A stretch of 60,923 nucleotides of DNA, filler included, from an uncultured Clostridia bacterium (GTDB lineage: Bacteria > CAYTYR01 > UBA6262): assembly GCA_964441745.1 (NCBI GenBank). It is 3 parts of 3 records of this genome, joined end to end, with 100 filler letters (N's around TTAATTAATTAA, not from the genome) between each part and the next. Parts side by side here need not be neighbours in the genome. Positions count along the whole stretch, not along the records: positions 1 to 26,233 come from CAYTYR010000023.1; 2 more parts are not named here. One strand, 5' to 3'. Positions 1 through 9,456 of the stretch are shown in pieces (position 1 is the stretch's first letter; each line of letters opens with the position of its first letter). A program made the translations under genes and the position numbers. Under the pieces are notes generated by a model. It saw only the letters and a list, made by a program, of their open reading frames with translations. It made no database searches and was not told where the DNA came from.

Positions 1-252
1 TTAAAAGAAACTCTTTTGAGATCGAAAGATGGCCAGCCAGGGGCCTGATCTCTTTTAAGGTTCCCGGAGAAGACTATATTTTAGACTTTTGGGAAGTCTA
101 ACCAGATAGCCAGGGTAAAATACCTTAGGAACCAATTAAAAACGCCTAAAACTGCCTTTAAAACTCCCTCAATCCAATCAAATAACCCAGCCAGCACCTC
201 ATAAATACCCTTAGAATTGCCCTGAATGACCCCTTTTTCTCCCATCTTAGCA

Positions 253-280
253 ACGTCTGATAAGATATATTATGTTTACT
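253..280 (+). other. dif: dif-like XerC/XerD chromosome dimer resolution site
   Basis: ACGTCTGATAA-GATATA-TTATGTTTACT has the 11-6-11 layout with inner ATAA/TTAT. The right arm differs from the E. coli XerD arm TTATGTTAAAT at 2 positions. It lies in a long non-coding stretch toward which the contig's genes point. Confidence 0.75.
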
Positions 281-842
281 ATTAACCTTTAGCAGCCTCT
301 AAGCGCTTATTTAAAGCACTTTATGAGAATTATTTTATTTCCCCTTTATTCTCATTTAAATTATAATTTTGTTTACAAATAATTTGTTATTATTATAATT
401 AGCGCTCTGTCCCCGTAAAAATAGCCCGGGATTTCCCGGCTTTTTATAAAACCAGCTAACACTGGACAATCCCCGGATATTTGCTACCGGCTGGTTTTTA
501 TAGCCAAACCCAAAACCAAGCCAAAACGCGGCCGGCAACCCCAAAAATAACGCCAACAGGCCAAATCAGGGGTATACCAAACCATTACCCCATAAAAATA
601 TAGGCCTAAAATCGCCTTCCATGATTGTTTGTCGACGATAAAAATGGCTGTTTAGTGGAATATTCCTAGCGGCAGGGATCTGGCAGGATTAAAAAAGGCC
701 GGAAAGGGTGATTTTGTTACTACTCCCCCTACCGGCCAAACCCAAAGTAAACATAACACGAGTTCCTTGAAAAACCTTACTTCGTTGCGAAATTTTGAGT
801 TTCTGAGCGCCCGCCAGCGAACTTTGGCGGGTAAGGAACTCA

Positions 843-1277
843 TCAAACAAATTTTACTTCTTTAACCATATTTGAAACTACAAATACTTTTTCATTATTG
901 TCATTCGGATCTATGGGAAACAGCCAAAAGCCGATTTTTTTCGGGTCAAAACTAAAAATTATCCCGTAAATCTTTTCACCGTCAGAAAACTCAATTTCAG
1001 CCTTACGGCCAGGCTGTAAATGGACCCCAGAATCCTGAAAGCCTTTTTTTTCCTGGTAATCCGGATTACCAGGAAAACTTTTAACAATGAAAATAGCTTT
1101 TAACGTCGAGATCCTGATTTCTATGGCTTTCGGATCTGTAGGGGCGGCATCTACCGGTTCCAGGTGAAAAACAATGTTCATATACGGAGAAAAATTATAG
1201 GAAATACCCTTAATAATCGTACCGTCAGCTTTATGAACGACCATTTTTTGCATCGTCTTCGACGTGCTGTCAACCAT
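843..1277 (-). CDS. conserved hypothetical protein (two repeated small beta-rich modules; DUF6982-like)
   Basis: 144 aa ORF with a GGGGG RBS. Motifs KMVVHKADGTIIKG, LKAIFIVKSF and GRKAEIEFSDGEKIYG...GFWLFPIDPNDNNEKVFV. Confidence 0.7.
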   Translation of the reverse strand: MVDSTSKTMQKMVVHKADGTIIKGISYNFSPYMNIVFHLEPVDAAPTDPKAIEIRISTLKAIFIVKSFPGNPDYQEKKGFQDSGVHLQPGRKAEIEFSDGEKIYGIIFSFDPKKIGFWLFPIDPNDNNEKVFVVSNMVKEVKFV

Positions 1278-1299
1278 GAAACACCCCCTGCTATTAAAG

Positions 1300-1398
1300 C
1301 AAATTCGAAATACTAATATCTAATTTCTAAACGGTCTTTAGTTTTGATATTTAGGGTTATCTATTGTTTAGTATTTAGATATTAGAATTTAGTGTTTG
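1300..1398. repeat. inverted heptamer-repeat element, family A (TCTAAAT/ATTTAGA)
   Basis: Left arm caaattcgaaatactaatatctaatttctaaac pairs imperfectly with right arm gtttagtatttagatattagaatttagtgtttg. Related copies at 44137 and 60831. Confidence 0.75.
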
Positions 1399-1400
1399 TT

Positions 1401-4250
1401 TTAGAAGCTGGCTCCTAAATTGAAATACCAGACTCCAGTACTTTTTACATCTGTCCGCCGGGCATAGTCAAGCCTTAAAATGATCGGGAATCTTTGCATA
1501 ATAAAAGTATTAAGCCGCAATCCGGCGCCAATGCTGTTATAAATATTACTGGCCTTTTTGGAGCTTTTTCTAAAATCATCCCAAGACGACCCAACCAACC
1601 CATTATCGGTGAATACTACCGCCTGCAAGCTCTTGAAATAAAGATTCGGGACCATAAACCAGAGGTCGTAGTCTATATTGCGAAACAGGTAAAACCTGCT
1701 TTCGATATTAGCCAAACCTACTACCGTACCGGTAATATCATCCCCAGAACTATAGCCGCGTAAATAATTACGGTTACCTATGGTAAAAGTCTGGTAATCG
1801 CGGCCGCTGGAATGAACTCCAAGCAGCCTGGTGCCGATGATCAGGTTTTGCCGTGCCAGCCAATAGTTCTGCAGATCGAACCGGATCGTATCATATTTAA
1901 CTTCGCTATGGAACAGGTTGCGGCCGAGACTGGCATTGATGTTGAGCTTGTACCCGTGCCTGATATCAAAAAGTTCGCCAGTAGTGTAATCACTGGTAAA
2001 GGAGGTAAAAATAACATCCGCCAGGTCATGTTCAGCCAGATCGTTCTGGTCGCGGTTACGGGTATATTCATCAACCTTGGTCAAGCCAGCTTCCAGACGA
2101 TGGAAACGATCCAGAGGATAAGCGATAAAGAAGCTTTCCTGGTAACTTCTAACCCTTAATAACTGATCATTGTCGTTAAGATCATACCCGGTGGCGCCAA
2201 CGCCGCTAATACCAAATTGCGGACGCCAGCGGGCATATTGATATACCAGCGAATAATTCAAATAATTATCCTCGCTGGAATATGTCACTCCGGTATTAAA
2301 GATATGATTACCCAGCATATCACTGAATTGCCAATACCCGGCCCCGGCAAACCCGGCGCCTTCGGTTCCTGCATAGAGGACAAAGATCGGTAAAATATAA
2401 TCAGTCGTCGCTTTAAAACGATACGGATACCTGCTCAGGACCAGGTCGGCTGCAGCTACTGTTGTCGTCGATGATTGCACCTCTACAACCAGCGGAACCG
2501 AGACAGAAGAAGAACTAGATGTGAACTGGTAGCCGACCGTATACGGCAGGTCCGAAGGGATTACTGCCCCTTCTGCCATACTGCCAAGGTAGAGATTTGT
2601 CCTTCCTTCAGCATAACCTGATAACAGCCAACTGCTTCCATCACTGGACACACTGACAGAAACAATGCCGGTATTTACATCCGTCAGTTGCTGCTTTTGG
2701 CCGGTTGAAACATCAGTTTTGTAGACATTAAATATTCCGTTGTCCCCGCTAATGTGATAAAGATTTTGATTCATTGCGTCCCAGACCGGGGCAAATTCTT
2801 CTTTACCGGATGTAGTCACCCGCCTGGTTTCTCCGGTGGCCAGGTCCAACTGGTAAAGGTATCTTATCTTATCCCGTTCACTGACATAAATAACTTTCTT
2901 CTCGTCGGCAGTGAAAAGCGGATAGGTGTCATCATAGGTATCAGCATTAAGCCTGGTGAGGTTGCGGCTTTTAATATCTATAATGTAAAGATCACTTTCC
3001 CCCTTCTTTAATCCGCTAAAAATGATCTTCTGGCCGTCAGGAGAATAACTGGGAGACGTGACTTCATCCAAATCGATTTTGATCCGGGTCAGCCGGCGCC
3101 GGGGGAAATTATAGGTAAAAAGATATTGCCGCTGCAGCTTTTCCGCGCTGAAAACAATGTTTTGCGAATCCGGGGAAAAGGCGAATATATTTCCTTCACT
3201 GCTGATCGTATCATATCTTTTGCGCTGGAACCAATTCAAGATAGTGCGCGGCCTGGCGCCGTCTGGGTCGGCCTGATAAAACTCATACTGGTCGCGTCGA
3301 TCAGTTAAGTAAACGATCCTTTTTCCGTCAGGAGAAATCCTGCCATGCTGGTTACTGTAACCACGATCAGTGATCTTAACGCCATACTTGCCGACTGCCT
3401 TTTTATCCTTAACCGGATCGGCATATTTTGTTTTCAAATATGCTTCCCATTCTTTATCCAGCTTGAAAATATCTTTTTTAAGCGTTGTTCCAAGGACGCT
3501 GGAAATATCGTAGGAATCTTTCAGCAGGTAGAGCAGGTCGCTGACTTTCCCGCGTCCATATTTCTCAGCAATATAGGATATAGCGCTATGCCCTTCGTTA
3601 TAGGCGAGAGTGATCTGATTAGACTCTAAATGGCCAAAACTGCCGAGTTTATGCAGCGGTATAATGCCTTTATTGATCACTGCGTCCCGGAGTATCATTT
3701 CATCGCTAATATCATAGGATGCTGACTGGTATTCGCTCAACCCCTCAATGAACCAGAGGGGATAAAAAAGACTTTTAAAGAGATAAACAGACCGCCAGAA
3801 GCGGCCGCCAAAAAAGAATTCAAAAACCAGGGCATGGGTCATTTCATGTTCTATAACATGGGTTACCCATTTTTCACTGCCATTCAACGGCACCACAAAG
3901 CGGTTCTTATAAAGTTCCGTAAAACCGCCCACTCCTTCCCCTACGTCACCGATGTTGTTCTGTTCAAAATCATTATGCGAGGCATAAAGGAAAAAAGGGA
4001 TCTTGGCTGACGGTTCAATATTAAGGTCTCTGGTAACTTTTTGATAACCGTTTTCCAGGATGCGGACAATAGATTCGACCATGGATGCATTGTCGAGATA
4101 GTAATGGATAATAAAATGCGGGGTCTCTATAACCTGCCATTTAAAATCAGTCACGATAGTTTTATTCTGCCCAAAAGCCTGGTCAGCGCCAGGCCACCAG
4201 GCTAATATAAAAAGCAATGTCAGCGCTAGCAATATATTTTTAAACATCAT
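1401..4250 (-). CDS. outer-membrane protein: gluzincin-type (peptidase MA-like) domain, PD40/TolB beta-propeller and Omp85/BamA-type barrel
   Basis: Signal peptide; HEMTH plus PLWFIEGLSEY zinc motifs; repeated SPDGxxI PD40 repeats; YLRGY loop-6 motif and C-terminal F. Confidence 0.85.
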   Translation of the reverse strand: MMFKNILLALTLLFILAWWPGADQAFGQNKTIVTDFKWQVIETPHFIIHYYLDNASMVESIVRILENGYQKVTRDLNIEPSAKIPFFLYASHNDFEQNNIGDVGEGVGGFTELYKNRFVVPLNGSEKWVTHVIEHEMTHALVFEFFFGGRFWRSVYLFKSLFYPLWFIEGLSEYQSASYDISDEMILRDAVINKGIIPLHKLGSFGHLESNQITLAYNEGHSAISYIAEKYGRGKVSDLLYLLKDSYDISSVLGTTLKKDIFKLDKEWEAYLKTKYADPVKDKKAVGKYGVKITDRGYSNQHGRISPDGKRIVYLTDRRDQYEFYQADPDGARPRTILNWFQRKRYDTISSEGNIFAFSPDSQNIVFSAEKLQRQYLFTYNFPRRRLTRIKIDLDEVTSPSYSPDGQKIIFSGLKKGESDLYIIDIKSRNLTRLNADTYDDTYPLFTADEKKVIYVSERDKIRYLYQLDLATGETRRVTTSGKEEFAPVWDAMNQNLYHISGDNGIFNVYKTDVSTGQKQQLTDVNTGIVSVSVSSDGSSWLLSGYAEGRTNLYLGSMAEGAVIPSDLPYTVGYQFTSSSSSVSVPLVVEVQSSTTTVAAADLVLSRYPYRFKATTDYILPIFVLYAGTEGAGFAGAGYWQFSDMLGNHIFNTGVTYSSEDNYLNYSLVYQYARWRPQFGISGVGATGYDLNDNDQLLRVRSYQESFFIAYPLDRFHRLEAGLTKVDEYTRNRDQNDLAEHDLADVIFTSFTSDYTTGELFDIRHGYKLNINASLGRNLFHSEVKYDTIRFDLQNYWLARQNLIIGTRLLGVHSSGRDYQTFTIGNRNYLRGYSSGDDITGTVVGLANIESRFYLFRNIDYDLWFMVPNLYFKSLQAVVFTDNGLVGSSWDDFRKSSKKASNIYNSIGAGLRLNTFIMQRFPIILRLDYARRTDVKSTGVWYFNLGASF

Positions 4251-4319
4251 CTATGCTCTTGTCTTTAATCGGTGTAATCTATCTTTAAACCTGTAATCAA
4301 GCATAGGGCTTCCCTATAC

Positions 4320-5984
4320 TTATTCTTTCTTCCTGAACTTCGCCAGCTGCTCTCCCAGAACATCGCCAAAAGTTACTTTCTGTTCAGTAGTTTTAGTGTA
4401 TTTCGCGACTGTTTCTTTTTTAACACCTTTGTCATAGTCCTTAATGCTTAAACTAAGCTTGGCTTCATCAGTATCTACTTTACTGATCCTGGCAATTACT
4501 TTTTGTCCCACCTTGAATGCCGCTGTAGGTTTTTCCGTAAATTCACCGGTAATCTGCGAAACGTGGATGAAACCCCGTATCTTTTCCCCGACGGTGACTA
4601 CCATCCCTTGTTCCACGATCTCCGTGACCTCAGCTTCAACATTTTCCCCGGTTTTGTAGCCGGCTACCGGATTTTCCTGTAGTTGTTTAAAGCCAAGCGA
4701 GAGCTTTTCTTCCTTGGCCTCTACTTTCAAGACCAAAGCTTCTACCCGGTCATTGACCTTTAATACTTGCTGGGGATTACTTATTTTTTCCTGCCAGGAA
4801 AGGTCACTGACATGGATCAATCCTTCGATCCCGTCTTCCATCCTGATGAAAGCCCCAAACGGCGCGAGATGGGAAACTGTACCGGTCACCCTGGTCCCAA
4901 TTTTATATTTAGCGGCGGCAGCAGCCCAGGGATTTGGCTGGACCTGTTTCAAACCAAGCGATAATTTTCTTTTTTCCTCGTCAATAGCCAGCACTTTTGC
5001 CTGGACTATGTCTCCAACTTTCATTATTTTAGAAGGGTGCTTTACAAATTCTACCCAGGACATCTCAGACACATGGATCAAACCTTCAATTCCTTCTTCC
5101 AAAGCGACGAAAGCCCCGAAGTCTGCCAGCGATACTACTTTGCCGGAAACCACTGAATCCACCGGATATTTTTGCTTGATGCTCACCCAGGGATCCTGGC
5201 TCAGCTGTTTTAATCCTAAGGAGATCTTTTGATTGATCCGATCCAGCTGCAGTATTTTAATATCAATTTCTTCGCCAATTTTCAAGACATCGCTTACCTT
5301 CTTCACTTTACCCCAGCTGATGTCATTTATATGCAATAATCCTTCACTGCCACCCAGGTCAATGAAAGCTCCGAAATCAGTAATATTTTTGATCAAGCCT
5401 TTTCTGATCTGCCCTTCCTGCAATTCAGCCCAGAGTTTTTCTTTTTTCTGGATCAGTTCTTCTTCCAGTATTACTCTCTGGGATACGACTACGTTCATTT
5501 TAGACTTGTCGAATTTTATGATCCTGACCCGTACCACCTGATCCATCATGGTATCCAGGTCCTTTACATAAGATAACCCCACCTGGCTGGCCGGCATAAA
5601 AACCTCATTATCAAAAACTTCGACATTAACGCCGCCTTTTACTTTTCTTTTGATCACTCCGTCCAGGATCGCATTTTGCTTAAAAGCCTGTTCGAGTTTA
5701 TCCCAGCGCCTGATCTCCTGAGCTTGTTTGAATGAAAGAAGTACCTGGCCTGCTTTTGATTCTTTCCGGAGCAAGAGAACCTCAATAGGGTCACCGATTT
5801 TGAAATCCTGTTCATCCCTGTCAAAATCGCTGATCGGGATCAAACCTTCGCTCTTTATCCCGATGTCCACAATCAAGCCTTCATCGGTAACTCCTACCAC
5901 CTTTCCGGTGACCAGGTCACCTTCCTGGTAACGCTCTTGGCTCGTTTTCAGAGCTTCTTCCATCCAATCATTCTGCATTTCCAT
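4320..5984 (-). CDS. rpsA: 30S ribosomal protein S1
   Basis: Six S1 repeats (FGAFIDLGGSEGLLHINDISW, FGAFVALEEGIEGLIHVSEMSW etc.). Confidence 0.97.
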   Translation of the reverse strand: MEMQNDWMEEALKTSQERYQEGDLVTGKVVGVTDEGLIVDIGIKSEGLIPISDFDRDEQDFKIGDPIEVLLLRKESKAGQVLLSFKQAQEIRRWDKLEQAFKQNAILDGVIKRKVKGGVNVEVFDNEVFMPASQVGLSYVKDLDTMMDQVVRVRIIKFDKSKMNVVVSQRVILEEELIQKKEKLWAELQEGQIRKGLIKNITDFGAFIDLGGSEGLLHINDISWGKVKKVSDVLKIGEEIDIKILQLDRINQKISLGLKQLSQDPWVSIKQKYPVDSVVSGKVVSLADFGAFVALEEGIEGLIHVSEMSWVEFVKHPSKIMKVGDIVQAKVLAIDEEKRKLSLGLKQVQPNPWAAAAAKYKIGTRVTGTVSHLAPFGAFIRMEDGIEGLIHVSDLSWQEKISNPQQVLKVNDRVEALVLKVEAKEEKLSLGFKQLQENPVAGYKTGENVEAEVTEIVEQGMVVTVGEKIRGFIHVSQITGEFTEKPTAAFKVGQKVIARISKVDTDEAKLSLSIKDYDKGVKKETVAKYTKTTEQKVTFGDVLGEQLAKFRKKE

Positions 5985-5989
5985 AATAC

Positions 5990-6838
5990 CTATGATTCCT
6001 CCGTTTGTTTTATTCGTGCGATCACCTCATTGATGATCCAATCGGGTGTAGAGGCCCCGGCCAAGAGACCTACGGTACTGGTATGTTTCAAAAAATCCAA
6101 GTCCAGATCCTTGGCCTGCTCTATATGCCTGGTCGGACGATCCAACTCCTGGCATAACTTAGCCAGGCGTTTTGTATTAGCGCTGTCATATCCTCCTATA
6201 ACAATTATTTTATCTACCTTGCCGGCCAAAAGAACTGCTTCTTCCTGTCTTTTTTGCGTAGCATCGCAAATAGTATTAAATACTTTCAATTGCTTTATGC
6301 TACTTCTTAACTCGCGGCATATTATCTTATACTTTTCAATGGATTGTGTTGTTTGAGCCACTATCCCAGCCTTCCGGAACCGTGGTAATTTCCTGGCGTC
6401 TTCAATGCTTTCGATAATCACCGCCTTTTCCCCCGCATAACCAGCGATAGCTTTTACTTCCGGGTGCTTTTTATCTCCGACGATAATAATGGGATAATTA
6501 TCTTTTTTAAGTTTTTGGACGGTCCATTCAATTTTTTTGACAAAAGGACAAGTGGCATCGACGATATTTACTTTTTTCTTTTTTAGTTTTTCCAGGACCT
6601 GGGGATGCATGCCATGAGAACAGACGATCACTATGCCGGAACGTACCTTTTGCGGTTTTGCCACATCAATAATACCTTGGCCGGTTAACTCCCTGATGAC
6701 CTGCGGATTATGGATCAGCGGACCCAGGGTAGATATTTTCTGGTCCTTATTTTCAGCGGCAGTTTTCAAAGCCAGGTTGACAGCCCGCTTTACCCCGAAA
6801 CAAAAACCGGCATGTTTGGCAAGTTTAATTTTTATCAT
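5990..6838 (-). CDS. ispH: 4-hydroxy-3-methylbut-2-enyl diphosphate reductase
   Basis: AGFCFGVKRA, DATCPFV, NTICDAT, SANT and AGASTP motifs. Confidence 0.97.
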   Translation of the reverse strand: MIKIKLAKHAGFCFGVKRAVNLALKTAAENKDQKISTLGPLIHNPQVIRELTGQGIIDVAKPQKVRSGIVIVCSHGMHPQVLEKLKKKKVNIVDATCPFVKKIEWTVQKLKKDNYPIIIVGDKKHPEVKAIAGYAGEKAVIIESIEDARKLPRFRKAGIVAQTTQSIEKYKIICRELRSSIKQLKVFNTICDATQKRQEEAVLLAGKVDKIIVIGGYDSANTKRLAKLCQELDRPTRHIEQAKDLDLDFLKHTSTVGLLAGASTPDWIINEVIARIKQTEES

Positions 6839-7457
6839 CTACCAGCACTTTCAAATTGGCAATTTCCTGCATTATTCTGGCGCTCATTTCCCGATATAAG
6901 TCTTTGGATTTTTCCTTCTGGTAATAGGCGCTAAAATCTACCGGTTTACCGTATATTATTTTTAACGGGTGATAATGTACAAACCTGCTGCCCCTGGGCA
7001 ATACTTCTCTTGATCCATCAACATAGCAAGGTATGATCGGGATTCCCTTGGCCTGGTAAGCTATCAACCCTGCCCCCGGCAAAGGTTTCTGGAAAAATCC
7101 GTCCCGGCTGCGCGTACCTTCAGGGAAAACCAGGACAATTTCTTTTTGATCCAATAGCCGCTGAATATGCTTGAACGCTCCCGGATCAGCGACGCCAGAA
7201 CGATTTACTGGGAAAGCATTTACCTGGGCAATAAGCCAGCCGAAAACCGGGACAGTAAAAAGGTCATGCCGCGCCATATAATGGATCGGCCGTTTCAGTG
7301 CCGCCCCAACCAGGGGTGGATCGATAAAACTCTGGTGATTGGCATAAATCAATGCCGGCCCGTCTTTTGGGACATTTTCCACTCCCATGATCTTAAGACG
7401 GAAAAACACTTTAAATACTATTCTAAAAAAACTATACCCCAAAAAATACAACATCAT
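6825..7457 (-). CDS. plsC: 1-acyl-sn-glycerol-3-phosphate acyltransferase
   Basis: NHQSFID and FPEGTRS motifs. Start taken at the ATG overlapping the cmk stop. Confidence 0.92.
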   Translation of the reverse strand: MMLYFLGYSFFRIVFKVFFRLKIMGVENVPKDGPALIYANHQSFIDPPLVGAALKRPIHYMARHDLFTVPVFGWLIAQVNAFPVNRSGVADPGAFKHIQRLLDQKEIVLVFPEGTRSRDGFFQKPLPGAGLIAYQAKGIPIIPCYVDGSREVLPRGSRFVHYHPLKIIYGKPVDFSAYYQKEKSKDLYREMSARIMQEIANLKVLVDDKN

Positions 7458-8161
7458 TTTTCTCTCTCTTTTGTTTTTACCGCCGTCAGCCATCCGCCAT
7501 CTGCTATCTGCTTCATTAGCTTCCCCACTACTTGCTCTGGCGTCAGCTTACTGGAATCTATAACGATACTGCCCTTGGCTTTTTTCAGCGGACTGACAGA
7601 TCGGGTCTTATCTTTATGATCCCTGATCTTGATATCTTTTAAAATATCCTGTACCCTAACCTTTACTCCTCGGGCCTTGAATTCCAGGTATCTTCTTTTG
7701 GCTCGCTCTTCTGCCGAAGCATCAAGATAAAATTTAAAATCAGCCTGGGGAAAGACCTTAGTCCCGATATCACGCCCTTCCATTACTATCCCTCCGGCTT
7801 GGCCAATTTTCTGCTGTAGTTTGACCATGATCTGCCGGATCCGTGGATTATCAGCGATATAACAGATATTAGCCGTGACTTCAGGTGTGCGGATAGCTTT
7901 GGTCACTGACTTACCGTTCATGAACAATTTCATTTGCCGCTGATGTCTTTTAAAAAACAATTTGGTCTTTTTAGCTAAAGCTACTAACTCTTTATCATCT
8001 TGCAGATTCACGCCGGTGCGCATAGCTTGCCAGGTGATAGAACGGTACATCGCCCCTGAATCGATATAGACATAACCTAATTTTTCAGCTATCATCCGGG
8101 CAATAGTACTTTTTCCGGCGCCCGCAGGGCCATCGATGGCGATAATAAAATCTTTACTCAT
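7454..8161 (-). CDS. cmk: cytidylate kinase
   Basis: IAIDGPAGAGKST, DSGAMYR and MEGRDIGT motifs. The C-terminal tail contains a heptamer repeat. Confidence 0.97.
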   Translation of the reverse strand: MSKDFIIAIDGPAGAGKSTIARMIAEKLGYVYIDSGAMYRSITWQAMRTGVNLQDDKELVALAKKTKLFFKRHQRQMKLFMNGKSVTKAIRTPEVTANICYIADNPRIRQIMVKLQQKIGQAGGIVMEGRDIGTKVFPQADFKFYLDASAEERAKRRYLEFKARGVKVRVQDILKDIKIRDHKDKTRSVSPLKKAKGSIVIDSSKLTPEQVVGKLMKQIADGGWLTAVKTKEREK

Positions 8162-9456
8162 TAGTGAGAGATCTTTCTTAGTAGTTTTTCAAAACCAGGG
8201 AAAGAAGTATTGATACATTCCGTATCTTTGATCACTGTTTTTCCAGCCGCTGCTAATGCCGCTACCGCCAGGCTCATCGCTGTCCGGTGATCGCCAAAAC
8301 TTTCTACCACCGCGCCTTTCAGCTGCGCCGGGCCATAGATCACCATCCCGTCTTTCCGTTCTTCGATCTTCACGCCCATTTTCCTTAATTGCGAGGCAAT
8401 GGATCTGATCCGGTCAGTTTCTTTCACGCGTAGTTCTTTGGCGCCCCGGATCACAGTTTTCCCGCGAGCCATCGCCGCGGCTACGGATAAGATAGGTATC
8501 TCGTCTATAATATTAGGAATGATCGGGCCGTCAATGGTTATGCCGCGCAGATTACTGGAACTTACTTCCAGGTCAGCCACTGGCTCAGCGCCAAAATTCC
8601 TTTTATTTTTTACCTTGATCCTGGCGCCCATTTTTTGCAGTATGGTTATGATCCCGTTCCGCGTGGGATTAATGCCCACTTTCCTGATCAGTATCCTGGA
8701 TCCAGGGATGATACTGGCTGCTACCAGCAGGAATGCGGCCGAAGAAATATCTCCCGGTACTATGATCTTCTTACTTTGCAACCCGGTGTTCCCCTGAACA
8801 GTAATTTTCCTTCCCTGCTTCTTAATATTAGCTCCGAGATAGGCTATCATTTTTTCGGTATGATCCCGGGCCGGTACTGGTTCAACTACGCTGGTTTTCC
8901 CGTCTGCGTATAAACCGGCCAGAAGAATACATGATTTTACTTGGGCGCTGGCTACTGGCAAGGTATATTCAATCCCCTGTAAATATCCACCGTAGATCTT
9001 AAGCGGCGCCAATTCATCATGCACCGCCTCGATCTTTGCGCCCATGGCGCGTAAAGGAGTGATCACCCGTTTCATCGGGCGGCGGCGCAGGTATTTATCA
9101 CCGGTTAAAACAGAGGTAAATCTCTGGCCAGCCAGGATACCACTGATCAAACGCATGGTCGTGCCCGAATTGCCGCAATCGATCGGTTTGCGCGCAGCCT
9201 TCAGCCCGTGCAATCCTTGTCCATAAATAATTAAAGCTTTTCCGCGAGTCGAGAATTTTATCCCCAGCTGCAGAAAAGCTTTTTTAGTATTTAAACAATC
9301 TTCACTTTTTAGAAAATTAAAGATGCTGCTTTTCCCTTCGCTTAAAGCCGCAAACATCACAGCACGATGCGAAATGGACTTATCGCCCGGAACAGTCACC
9401 GCACCTTTTAATCTATCAACCTTCTTTATGACTAACTGCTGCATTTTACTTGGCAC
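8161..9456 (-). CDS. aroA: 3-phosphoshikimate 1-carboxyvinyltransferase
   Basis: PGDKSISHRA, GNSGTTMR, ASAQVKS, ELRVKETDR and DHRTAM motifs. Confidence 0.97.
   Translation of the reverse strand: MPSKMQQLVIKKVDRLKGAVTVPGDKSISHRAVMFAALSEGKSSIFNFLKSEDCLNTKKAFLQLGIKFSTRGKALIIYGQGLHGLKAARKPIDCGNSGTTMRLISGILAGQRFTSVLTGDKYLRRRPMKRVITPLRAMGAKIEAVHDELAPLKIYGGYLQGIEYTLPVASAQVKSCILLAGLYADGKTSVVEPVPARDHTEKMIAYLGANIKKQGRKITVQGNTGLQSKKIIVPGDISSAAFLLVAASIIPGSRILIRKVGINPTRNGIITILQKMGARIKVKNKRNFGAEPVADLEVSSSNLRGITIDGPIIPNIIDEIPILSVAAAMARGKTVIRGAKELRVKETDRIRSIASQLRKMGVKIEERKDGMVIYGPAQLKGAVVESFGDHRTAMSLAVAALAAAGKTVIKDTECINTSFPGFEKLLRKISH

Noticed and set aside
356..846. 66-aa and 64-aa minus-strand ORFs
   Set aside because: Low-complexity, skew-driven composition, no convincing RBS and no family motifs.
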